A stretch of 32,000 nt of DNA, taken from NCBI GenBank assembly GCA_003568775.1, contig MWMI01000001.1, positions 150,001 to 182,000 on the forward strand. The letters run 5' to 3'. The position numbers and the translations under genes were made by a program. Below the pieces are notes generated by a model, which made no database searches, had not been told where the DNA came from, and saw only the letters and a program-made list of their open reading frames with translations. Numbering within the stretch: the first letter of the stretch is position 1; each line of letters begins with the position of its first letter. Below are positions 16,025-23,708 of the stretch, piece after piece. Origin of the DNA: Candidatus Nanoclepta minutus. Lineage in GTDB: Archaea > Nanobdellota > Nanobdellia > Nanobdellales > Nanobdellaceae.

Positions 16025-17200
16025 ATGAGAATAGTTGATGCTAGAGCGAGGATTGTCCTTAATTCTAGAGGTGAACCTATTTTGGAAGTTGAGATAAATA
16101 GGTCTTCGGAGGCTGTACCTTTAGGTGCTAGCAGGGGTTCCCACGAAGTTTCTAGGTTAGAGATTGAAAAGGCAGTTGAGATATTTAATTCCGAACTGGT
16201 AGATTTCCTTAAGACGTACGATATACAAACTCTGGGAGATCTAAAGAACTTTGAGGAAGACTTCCTAACTATAGGGGGTATTAAGAGATATGGAGGGGAT
16301 ATATTGTTGGCGATTGAGTATGCTATACTGAGGGCGTGGGCAAACTATTATAATAAACCGATCTATGCTTTCTTTAACGAAAAGCCAAAGTTCAATATAA
16401 AGATCTTGGCAAACGTTGTTGGGGGTGGTGCTCATTCAAAGTGGAGGGGACCGAGCGTTCAAGAATTCTTAATAGTTCCTTATGTAGAAGATATTAGGTT
16501 AGCAGTTTTCTTATCTTCCTACATCCATAAAAAGATAGGGGAAAGGCTAGAGACGCTGGATAAGAAGTTTATGTATGGAAGGAATGATGAAGGGGCATGG
16601 GTTACTTCCTTAGATGAAGATTCTATCCTTTCTCTGTTATCCTCAATTAGAGAAGAGATAAAGAAAGAGTATTCCATAGATATTAAGCTAGGCATAGATA
16701 TGGCGGCAACCCATCTTTATAAGGAAGGAGTATACAGATACAGGGGGAAGGAATATTCTAGGGAAGATTTTATATCGGAAATAAATAGGATGATAAAGGA
16801 TTATAAGTTGTTTTATGTTGAAGATCCTTTGTTTGAAGAAGATTTTGAAGGTTTTTCAGAAATTAACAAATCTACAGATGCATTGATTACGGGGGACGAT
16901 TTAACCGTTACTAATACAGAGAGGATAAAGAAAGCAATTGAAAAGAATTCTGTAAAGGCAGTTATAATAAAGCCGGATCAGGTAGGGTCTTTAATAAAAG
17001 TAATTGAGGCAGTAGAATTATGTAAGAGAAATAACATAATTCCAGTTCTGTCCCATAGGTCTGGAGAAACTGAAAGTAATATTCTTGCACACTTAGCAGT
17101 TGGACTAGAGATACCTTTTGTGAAGTTTGGAATAAGCGGTGGAGAAAGGATATCCAAACTAAACGAGCTGATAAGAATATTTGAAAAAATTAAATCTTAA
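16025..17200 (+). CDS. eno: Enolase (short, divergent)
   Basis: ARARIVLNSRGEPILEVEI start, QEFLIVP, VEDPLFEEDF, ITGDDLTVTN, IIKPDQVGS and SHRSGETE. At 391 aa it is shorter than typical enolases. Confidence 0.85.
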   Translation: MRIVDARARIVLNSRGEPILEVEINRSSEAVPLGASRGSHEVSRLEIEKAVEIFNSELVDFLKTYDIQTLGDLKNFEEDFLTIGGIKRYGGDILLAIEYAILRAWANYYNKPIYAFFNEKPKFNIKILANVVGGGAHSKWRGPSVQEFLIVPYVEDIRLAVFLSSYIHKKIGERLETLDKKFMYGRNDEGAWVTSLDEDSILSLLSSIREEIKKEYSIDIKLGIDMAATHLYKEGVYRYRGKEYSREDFISEINRMIKDYKLFYVEDPLFEEDFEGFSEINKSTDALITGDDLTVTNTERIKKAIEKNSVKAVIIKPDQVGSLIKVIEAVELCKRNNIIPVLSHRSGETESNILAHLAVGLEIPFVKFGISGGERISKLNELIRIFEKIKS

Positions 17201-17661
17201 ACTTCTAAAGGCTTTCTAACTAATAAACCATCCGTTACCCTCAATATATCCCTAACAATTGTATCTTCATTTACGAATATGTCTTCTATATCGTTTCCAA
17301 TTTTACCCTTTCCTATTTTTATTTTGCTTGATGGAGACAGTAAATAATATTTGTTACCTGATAACAGGATTTCTTTTTCATTTCTTATGTTTAAACCAAT
17401 GTAAAGTATCTCCGATCTTGAGAATATCTTATCTTTTTGATTTAGATATTCGAAGTCATACAAATATATATCGTTTCCTTCTATAAATTTAATCTTTTCT
17501 CCTATATTTAATTTACATCTCCAATTCCTCTTATATAAATCGTATTTTTCAGATGAGTATTCTCTTTTATTTTTAATTTTCAATATATTCTTGTTTTTCT
17601 CTATTGTTATATCGACATTCCTTATATCTAGCTTTATTCCTATACCGAGAACTTCCGTCAT
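17197..17661 (-). CDS. Hypothetical protein (154 aa)
   Basis: ORF with TATAAATA starting 29 nt upstream of its ATG. No recognisable motif. Converges on eno with a 4-nt overlap. Confidence 0.45.
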   Translation of the reverse strand: MTEVLGIGIKLDIRNVDITIEKNKNILKIKNKREYSSEKYDLYKRNWRCKLNIGEKIKFIEGNDIYLYDFEYLNQKDKIFSRSEILYIGLNIRNEKEILLSGNKYYLLSPSSKIKIGKGKIGNDIEDIFVNEDTIVRDILRVTDGLLVRKPLEV

Positions 17662-17682
17662 AAAGATAATTCTATTTTTAAT

Positions 17683-17692
17683 TATTTATAAT
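17683..17692. promoter_or_regulatory. Central A/T box (TATTTATAAT) shared by the divergent genes starting at 17661 (-) and 17714 (+)
   Basis: Read on either strand, the 8-mer starts exactly 29 nt from the respective ATG. The two ATGs are 53 bp apart. Confidence 0.4.
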
Positions 17693-17713
17693 TTTGAGAA
17701 CAGTGTTTATTAT

Positions 17714-18265
17714 ATGGATAATAATGAATATGATGAGAGGGTTGTAGACTATTATAACAATCTATCTGATGTTTATGATGAATTATACGGTGAAGAGCAG
17801 AATAAAAAGATAAGGATTATAGAGGAGATATATAATAGACTGTTTGGTTCGAAGGTCTTTGAAAAGGGTTTAGATTATGGGTGTGGGACGGGTATTTCCT
17901 CTATCTTCCTAAGTAAAATCTCAAAGGAAGTTTACATATACGATATTTCTGAGAAGATGATAGAAATCGCTAAAAATAAAGTTAAAAATGCTATTCCTGT
18001 AAAAATTAACGATTTAGGTAATTATTTAGGATTCTTTGATGTTGTACTATCGGTAACAGTCCTACAGGACTCTAAGGATCCAGAAAAAGATTTAGAGCTT
18101 ATATTTAAGCTTCTGAAGGAAGAAGGTTTGTTAATCCTCTCAGTTTTAAAGAAGAAGGGTTTAGCTTTTTGGAAGCCTCTAATTAAGAAATATTTTAATA
18201 TAATATGGTTTTATGAGGAAGATAAAGATTTTATATTTTTCTTAATTAAGAAAATCAAACTTTAA
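17714..18265 (+). CDS. Class I SAM-dependent methyltransferase
   Basis: SAM motif I LDYGCGTGISS. I moved the start from the listed 17591 to ATG 17714 (MDNNEY...). The upstream 41 codons are hydrophobic junk overlapping the divergent gene, and a TATA box sits at -29 from 17714. Confidence 0.7.
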   Translation: MDNNEYDERVVDYYNNLSDVYDELYGEEQNKKIRIIEEIYNRLFGSKVFEKGLDYGCGTGISSIFLSKISKEVYIYDISEKMIEIAKNKVKNAIPVKINDLGNYLGFFDVVLSVTVLQDSKDPEKDLELIFKLLKEEGLLILSVLKKKGLAFWKPLIKKYFNIIWFYEEDKDFIFFLIKKIKL

Positions 18266-18527
18266 ACCATCTCCTTATATCTTCTGGGATCTCTAGTAAG
18301 TTTCTATTCGCCATACAGTCTAATATTCCCCAGATATAGTTGACAAGCTCAAATGCTTTTATTTTTTCTCCATTTTTATAGAAATATTTGCAATCTTCCC
18401 AATAAGCTTTTACAAAATTCTCTAAGTTCTTATCTAAAAAATTTACTTTTTTGAATACTTCTTCTAATTTTTTAAATTCCCTTTCTAGCAGAGATAATAA
18501 CTCCTCACTCGAGTTTTTCGCATCCAT
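18255..18527 (-). CDS. Small helical protein, possibly DUF357-like
   Basis: 90 aa. The pattern YWEDCKYFYKNGEKIKAFELVNYIWGILDC resembles my memory of the DUF357 consensus. Overlaps the thioredoxin-like gene by 23 nt. Confidence 0.4.
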   Translation of the reverse strand: MDAKNSSEELLSLLEREFKKLEEVFKKVNFLDKNLENFVKAYWEDCKYFYKNGEKIKAFELVNYIWGILDCMANRNLLEIPEDIRRWFKV

Positions 18528-19023
18528 ATTCCTTACATTGTTCGATTAACCATAATATTGAATACCTATTACCTAAAAGAACGTTTTCAGATAATTTACA
18601 GAAGGAATAGGTATTATTTATATATACTGGTGTTCCGTTTGCTTTTATACAGAGATCCTCTTCAATCCCTTTTCCTAAGAAGTATCCATCATTCTCTTGG
18701 TTTCTATCTGGATAACCGCTTATAATTATAATTGTATCGTTTACTTTAGCAAAGACGAATGGAACACCCCTAAAATAGTTTGAAAGGTTCCTGAAAGTAT
18801 TCCTAAGATAGAAGTTCTCTATAGATATTTTCTCTACTCCAACTCCCTCCTTCTCCAAAAACTCTATGAGGTTCTCACAGTGGGGACATGTAGGAGAGTA
18901 GACTAAGTATATATTATACCTCTCGAGAGGTTCGTTTTTTGTATTTTTTATTAAAAATAGAGAAAGAAATGTTAGCACAAGGGATACTAGAAATATAAGT
19001 AATATACGTTCCTTCCTTGTCAT
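18505..19023 (-). CDS. Membrane-anchored thioredoxin-fold thiol:disulfide oxidoreductase (CPHC active site)
   Basis: N-terminal TM anchor, SPTCPHCENL active site and two further Cys pairs. ATGA overlap with the upstream CcdA-like gene. Confidence 0.65.
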   Translation of the reverse strand: MTRKERILLIFLVSLVLTFLSLFLIKNTKNEPLERYNIYLVYSPTCPHCENLIEFLEKEGVGVEKISIENFYLRNTFRNLSNYFRGVPFVFAKVNDTIIIISGYPDRNQENDGYFLGKGIEEDLCIKANGTPVYINNTYSFCKLSENVLLGNRYSILWLIEQCKEYGCEKLE

Positions 19024-19658
19024 ATCAATAGATATATTAGTATAGCTAATAAAAGTATTCCTGAAATGAGGTGTAATTCTCTAACATGCCTGTTCCTCCA
19101 TTCCATTACTCTCTCAGGTTTAATCGTAAAGTAGACTAAAAACGTTATTGCAAAGAACGGAGAAGCAAATACCAATAAGTATATAATGAAATACAAATAG
19201 TTGATGGTTTTTTGGAGCCCTAGAAATAAAATATATGGTCCAGAACTACATGGTAATAAGAATAAGCTTATTAGTATTGCTATTGGGACTGCCATCCATG
19301 GAGAATAAGCACTAGCTATGAATCTATACACATATGGTTTTAAAAATGTTGGCATCTCTACAGAAATCATTCCTGGTTTATAATTAAAGTATGCATTGAA
19401 TTCTAATATAATCAAAATTATTAATAAAACGATCAAAAGAGTTTTAACTATCTCATAAAACATAGAAAGGATTTGGTGTAAAACTAAGCCGTAAAGGGCA
19501 TACATTATTATTACTGTAATTGAAAACAAAATACCACCTATTAGAACATTTTTTCTACCCCTTGTTAGAAGCATTGATAGAAGTGCTGCCTGAATTGCTA
19601 TGGAACAAGGGTTTATAGCATCAACAGCAGCTAGGTTTATCGTTGTAAACAGATCCAT
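19020..19658 (-). CDS. ccdA: CcdA/DsbD-family transmembrane thiol-disulfide electron transporter
   Basis: Polytopic membrane protein with the two conserved membrane-embedded Cys motifs AINPCS and LLPCSSGPY. Confidence 0.7.
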   Translation of the reverse strand: MDLFTTINLAAVDAINPCSIAIQAALLSMLLTRGRKNVLIGGILFSITVIIMYALYGLVLHQILSMFYEIVKTLLIVLLIILIILEFNAYFNYKPGMISVEMPTFLKPYVYRFIASAYSPWMAVPIAILISLFLLPCSSGPYILFLGLQKTINYLYFIIYLLVFASPFFAITFLVYFTIKPERVMEWRNRHVRELHLISGILLLAILIYLLI

Positions 19659-19679
19659 AAATTTAAAATTCTAAATAGT

Positions 19680-19687
19680 TTTATAAA
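19680..19687 (-). promoter_or_regulatory. Palindromic TATA box (TTTATAAA) 29 nt upstream of the ccdA-like ATG
   Basis: Matches the -29 geometry on the minus strand. It is too close (17 nt) to the tRNA-Asn 5' end to be that gene's box. Confidence 0.4.
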
Positions 19688-19696
19688 AAATATATT

Positions 19697-19768
19697 GCCG
19701 CCGTAGCTCAGCGGTAGAGCATCCGGCTGTTAACCGGAGGGTCGGGGGTTCAAATCCCCCCGGCGGCG
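19697..19768 (+). tRNA. tRNA-Asn (anticodon GUU)
   Basis: Hand-folded 72-nt cloverleaf: acceptor GCCGCCG/CGGCGGC, D stem GCTC/GAGC, anticodon stem TCCGG/CCGGA with loop CTGTTAA, T arm GGGGG-TTCAAAT-CCCCC, discriminator G. No CCA and no intron. Confidence 0.95.
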
Positions 19769-19770
19769 TA

Positions 19771-19824
19771 AATGATGAGGGGATTGCCGGGAAATGAAAG
19801 GTGAAGTGAGCCTCCTAGCTGATG
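19771..19824 (+). ncRNA. Probable C/D-box sRNA (2'-O-methylation guide) immediately downstream of tRNA-Asn
   Basis: Consensus C box ATGATGA (19772-19778) and D box CTGA (19819-19822) about 40 nt apart. Degenerate internal boxes (GAAA or ATGA; GTGAAGT). About 54 nt in total, GC-richer than its surroundings and followed by an oligo-T run. Confidence 0.6.
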
Positions 19825-19837
19825 TTTTTTAATTTTT
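19825..19837 (+). terminator. Oligo-T tract (TTTTTTAATTTTT), a candidate archaeal terminator after the tRNA-sRNA unit
   Basis: Two T-runs directly after the D box. Archaeal RNA polymerase terminates at oligo-T. Confidence 0.35.
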
Positions 19838-19839
19838 GA

Positions 19840-22440
19840 ATGAATTATATTATTGTGGAAAAAATAATAGATGAAATAAGGAAAGAATTCTCGGATAATG
19901 TTATAGGAGTTGAGAAAATACCGGGAAGAGAACCATCTTTTGAAGATTATAACTTTGAGAATAGAGAAATAAATAGTTTTTTAGATAGAGTTGGTATAAA
20001 TCTATATAAGCATCAGAAAGAATCATTAGAGATTCTATATAGTGGTAAAAATCTAGTTCTAACAACCCCCACAGCATCTGGAAAATCCTTAGTTTTTAGG
20101 TTATATATATTGGATAGGTTCTTGTCTAATCCACAGAAGACCTATCTCCTAATATATCCGATGAGAGCCCTTTTATATGACCAGTATGAGAAGTTCCTGG
20201 AACTATTAAAGAGTTTTGAGGACTTTTTTAACAGGAAAATAGACATAAGAATAGGATTATTACTTGGAGATCTAAGTTATAAGGAGAAGGAGAAACTATC
20301 GAAGGAAAAGCCTCATATAATCTTTACTACTGTAGATAACTTGCATCTTTTCTTACTAAAGAACCACGAAAAATTCCATTATTTTTTTAGAAATTTAGAT
20401 CTAATTGTAGTTGATGAACTCCATTCCTATAGAGGAGTTTTTGGGACCAATTCAGCTTTAGTTTTTAGAAGGTTAATAAGACTCCTAAAGTTTTTGTATA
20501 GGAACAGTAGTTTTAAGATACTTTCTCTCTCTGCAACTTTGAGTAATGCTAAGGCTTTTGCCGAAAAGATATTTGGTCTTGAGTTCAGTTCTATAAGCGA
20601 GAACTATAGTAGGACCTACGATAGGTGGATAGTTGGTATAGATCCAAAGACTGTTGGTCCTAGGGTTATTTTAAAGAGGTTGATTAGAGTTTTATTGGAG
20701 AACAAGCTAAAATCCCTAGTTTTTTTGGAGTCTAAGAAAGGGGTAGAAAAGTATAAAATGCTTATAGAAGATTTGGATAGTAGTAATCTTGTTTTTACAT
20801 ATAAAGCTAGTTATTTAAGGGATATTAGGAGGGATATAGAAAGAAAGTTCAAGAATAATGAATACTTAATTTTGCTAACAACCTCAGCCCTTGAGTTGGG
20901 GATAGACATAGGAGATATAAACGTTGTAGCCAATTATGGGATCCCCAGGGATGGTATATTCTCTTTAATCCAGAGGTTCGGTAGATGCGGTAGGATATCG
21001 GAGGGTATAAATATAATAATGTTCAAGAGGGATGCCTTAGACCTCTACTATTCAATAAACTTTAAGGAATTGGTAGAAAAAATAAAGAGGAACGATATAG
21101 AGGATATCCCAGTTAATTTATTTAATGAAAAGATTAAGAGAAAGCATTTACTTTATATGATCTCGGAATTTGGTAGATTGGATATAAGTATACTCGATGA
21201 TGAAGAGAGAAAAATATTGAGAAGCTTAATTGAAGAGGGAAGGGTGAAGATAGTAAAGGATCAAATATTCGGGAAGGAATATGCAGTGTTGATAGGAAAG
21301 GTTATATATACAGGACTTAGGAACATATCCGATAAGGTATACTATGTGATAGACCTCTCAAGCTATGATGCAGTAAAGAACGTTAAAAAGGAGAGTTCAG
21401 CTTTTAGGATTGCAAACATGTTGAAGTCTAGAGGAGAGATTATTGAAGAAATAGACGAATCAGCCTTTTACGAATACTTATTACCAGGTATGGTATACTA
21501 CTCACTTGGTAAATCTTATAGATCGGTTGCAGTTCATTCTGCGGGTAATATAAATTTTGTTATCGTTCAAAGAGAGGAAGGTAACGTAGAAACGGAACCT
21601 TTATATAACGAAGACGTTAGAATATTAGAAAAATACAAGGAGAAGTCTCTAGGTGATTGGAAGGTTTGCTATGGTATGATCGAAGTTAATAGGGAATATT
21701 TGGGATATATTGAGAGAATTAAGCTCGGTTCGGGATACAACCAAGACATAATATACTATGAAAAACCTATAAGGAGGAGGTTTACTACGAAGTCTATTTG
21801 GATAGAGATCCCTGAAGAGTATAGCGAAATAGAGAACGATTACTTAAAGATTTGGAAAAATAAAATAATTAAACATTTGAAAAACAAGAAATATAACATA
21901 TCATATGAGGAATTATATAATTTTTCAACGACAATTATAAAAGATTATTTTTATGAAAAATATAGAGGGCTATCTAGTAAGAAGATTAGGGAAATTATAA
22001 ATAAATTCCTAGAAGATCGTGGTATAAAAGATAAGAGGCTCTCTTTTTATTTGAAGAAGCTGGTTGACTATCAGGTAGCCTTTAGGTCTGGTTTACATGC
22101 AATAGAGCATAATATAATCAAGATATCTCCGATAGTAACCTATATAGATTCGAGGGAATTAGGTGGTTTTTCCTATACCTCTCATCCGCAGACAGGGAAA
22201 CCTGTAATATTCATATATGAAGGTTATGAAAATGGTGTTGGACTTGCAGAAACCTTATATGATAATATAGAGAACCTTATAAATAGATCAATTGAATCTT
22301 TAAATAGCTGTAAATGTTTAGATGGCTGTCCGAGATGTATATATTCTTCAAAATGCGGTAATTTTAATGAGTATCTCGATAAATACTCTGCAAGGTTGAT
22401 ATACAGTAAGTTCTATATGAAGGTTAAAGGTTTTAAATAA
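19840..22440 (+). CDS. DExH-box superfamily-2 helicase with a C-terminal DUF1998/MrfA-type zinc-binding domain (COG1205-like)
   Basis: Motif I TPTASGKS, motif II VVDELHSY, SAT, motif VI QRFGRCGR. C-terminal GLHAIEHN...CKCLDGCPRCIYSSKCGNFNEYLDK cysteine cluster. Confidence 0.85.
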   Translation: MNYIIVEKIIDEIRKEFSDNVIGVEKIPGREPSFEDYNFENREINSFLDRVGINLYKHQKESLEILYSGKNLVLTTPTASGKSLVFRLYILDRFLSNPQKTYLLIYPMRALLYDQYEKFLELLKSFEDFFNRKIDIRIGLLLGDLSYKEKEKLSKEKPHIIFTTVDNLHLFLLKNHEKFHYFFRNLDLIVVDELHSYRGVFGTNSALVFRRLIRLLKFLYRNSSFKILSLSATLSNAKAFAEKIFGLEFSSISENYSRTYDRWIVGIDPKTVGPRVILKRLIRVLLENKLKSLVFLESKKGVEKYKMLIEDLDSSNLVFTYKASYLRDIRRDIERKFKNNEYLILLTTSALELGIDIGDINVVANYGIPRDGIFSLIQRFGRCGRISEGINIIMFKRDALDLYYSINFKELVEKIKRNDIEDIPVNLFNEKIKRKHLLYMISEFGRLDISILDDEERKILRSLIEEGRVKIVKDQIFGKEYAVLIGKVIYTGLRNISDKVYYVIDLSSYDAVKNVKKESSAFRIANMLKSRGEIIEEIDESAFYEYLLPGMVYYSLGKSYRSVAVHSAGNINFVIVQREEGNVETEPLYNEDVRILEKYKEKSLGDWKVCYGMIEVNREYLGYIERIKLGSGYNQDIIYYEKPIRRRFTTKSIWIEIPEEYSEIENDYLKIWKNKIIKHLKNKKYNISYEELYNFSTTIIKDYFYEKYRGLSSKKIREIINKFLEDRGIKDKRLSFYLKKLVDYQVAFRSGLHAIEHNIIKISPIVTYIDSRELGGFSYTSHPQTGKPVIFIYEGYENGVGLAETLYDNIENLINRSIESLNSCKCLDGCPRCIYSSKCGNFNEYLDKYSARLIYSKFYMKVKGFK
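22431..22438 (+). promoter_or_regulatory. TATA-like box (TTTTAAAT) 28 nt upstream of the PCNA ATG, overlapping the helicase stop codon
   Basis: Matches the -29 (+/-1) geometry. Confidence 0.4.
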
Positions 22441-22458
22441 TTTTTACAAAATGAATTT

Positions 22459-23208
22459 ATGGAAGTTGTATTTCCTCAAGCAAAGGAATTAAGAAGTATA
22501 CTCTCTGCAGCTACAGCATTTCTTTCTGAGGGGACTTTTAAAGCAAAGAATGATGGAATATTCTTAGCATCCCTAGATTCGGCTAATGTAGCAGTTATAA
22601 TCGTAGATATGTATCCAAATATGTTCTTAGATTATAAGATAGATGGAGAAGAGGAGATATTTACAGTTAACTTGGAGGATTTGAAGAAGATCCTATCTAA
22701 GGCAAAAACAAAGGAACAAATATCATGGAAAACTGATAAGAAGAAGAATAAGTTTATCCTTTCTATAAAGGGTAAATCTACTAGAAGCTTTACCTTACCT
22801 TTGATAGAGACGGAAGGGAATGTATTGGATATACCTAGTCTGGACTTAAGGATTAAGTTAGAGATGGATGCAAAGGCCTTTTCAGAGATAGTATCCTCTG
22901 CTAAGGTAATAGCGGATGAATTGAAGATAACTACTGATCCTGATAAGAATACAATTAGCTTTATAGCTGAAGGGGAGTTAAAGGACATGAGGATAGACTT
23001 AACTTCACAGGATGAAGGGGTATTATCCATGGAGGTTCCAGAGAAGGTTACTGTGAGGTATTCTGTAGACTATCTATATAAAATTACTAAGGTAGCTACT
23101 ATATCAGATACCGTTATGATAAAGTTTGATCAGGATAAACCAATTTGGTTAGACTATAGATCTTTAGATAAATTTAGATTTGGATTTGTTCTGGCACCTA
23201 GAGAGTAG
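22459..23208 (+). CDS. pcn: DNA polymerase sliding clamp PCNA
   Basis: 249 aa with the typical two-domain clamp pattern and C-terminal FVLAPRE. Confidence 0.9.
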   Translation: MEVVFPQAKELRSILSAATAFLSEGTFKAKNDGIFLASLDSANVAVIIVDMYPNMFLDYKIDGEEEIFTVNLEDLKKILSKAKTKEQISWKTDKKKNKFILSIKGKSTRSFTLPLIETEGNVLDIPSLDLRIKLEMDAKAFSEIVSSAKVIADELKITTDPDKNTISFIAEGELKDMRIDLTSQDEGVLSMEVPEKVTVRYSVDYLYKITKVATISDTVMIKFDQDKPIWLDYRSLDKFRFGFVLAPRE

Positions 23209-23420
23209 ATATAATTTTTTCGGAGAATTTATATTTTATCTTTGATTTTTCAATAATTTTGTTTGAATTCTACCGGTCTTGTCCCTTATTATTGGAAATC
23301 CCCACAACTAATATATAAGGAGGTTATGTACAATGATGTATGTTAAATATAGATGGTATCTCGTTGATTGTTAGAAGTTATCTTCAAAATCATCTTCTTT
23401 TATTCTAAAAAAGGAAAAAT

Positions 23421-23428
23421 TTTATAAA
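23421..23428 (+). promoter_or_regulatory. TATA box (TTTATAAA) with an A-rich BRE-like stretch, 29 nt upstream of the histone ATG
   Basis: AAGGAAAAATTTTATAAATT followed by ATG at 23450, which implies a leaderless mRNA. Confidence 0.5.
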
Positions 23429-23449
23429 TTAGCAAACAATTTATTTATT

Positions 23450-23686
23450 ATGGTAAGAGGTGAAAGAGGAATTCCAATGGCTGCAGTAGAAAGGATCTTG
23501 AAGAGCAAGGGTGCTAAGGCAGGAGTTGAGAGAGTTTCTGATAAGGCAGTAAAGTTCTTGAAGACAGCTTTGGAAGACGTAGCTTACGATATTGCACAAA
23601 GGGCAAACTCCTTAGCAAAGCACGGAAAGAGAACAACAGTAAAACCAGAAGACGTAAAGATAGCTGCTAAGGCCTTTACAAGATAA
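23450..23686 (+). CDS. Archaeal histone (HMf-type histone fold)
   Basis: IPMAAVERILK...ERVSDKAVKFLKTALEDVAYDIAQRANSLAKHGKRTTVKPEDVKIA aligns along its length with archaeal histones. Confidence 0.9.
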   Translation: MVRGERGIPMAAVERILKSKGAKAGVERVSDKAVKFLKTALEDVAYDIAQRANSLAKHGKRTTVKPEDVKIAAKAFTR

Positions 23687-23689
23687 GGC

Positions 23690-23708
23690 TTTATTTTTCT
23701 TTATTTTT
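23690..23708 (+). terminator. T-rich tract (TTTATTTTTCTTTATTTTT), a candidate terminator of the histone gene
   Basis: Begins 4 nt after the histone stop. It overlaps the 3' coding end of the convergent nth gene. Confidence 0.35.

Noticed and set aside
17591-17713. N-terminal extensions of the methyltransferase (listed start 17591) and of aIF5A (listed start 25512).
   Set aside because: The extensions use TTG or GTG starts and encode non-homologous hydrophobic sequence. They run across the divergent gene or the promoter box. In both cases the internal ATG lies exactly 29 nt from a TATA box and begins the conserved part of the protein.
19840-22440. DISARM- or Druantia-like defence system around the DUF1998 helicase.
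   Set aside because: No partner genes are present (no methyltransferase, PLD nuclease or DrmB-like DUF1998 protein). The flanks are a tRNA, PCNA and a histone, so this looks like the solitary archaeal housekeeping version.
23330-23400. A second C/D-box sRNA suggested by AATGATGT at about 23333.
   Set aside because: No CTGA D box lies at an appropriate distance on either strand, and there are no internal boxes. The region is not GC-enriched in the way the sRNA next to tRNA-Asn is.
23209-23449. Replication origin (ORB or mini-ORB repeats plus an AT-rich unwinding element) in the long spacer next to PCNA.
   Set aside because: There is only one weak ORB-like fragment (GGAAATCCCCAC). There are no repeated or inverted copies and no adjacent orc1/cdc6 gene. 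An AT-rich stretch is not distinctive in this genome.
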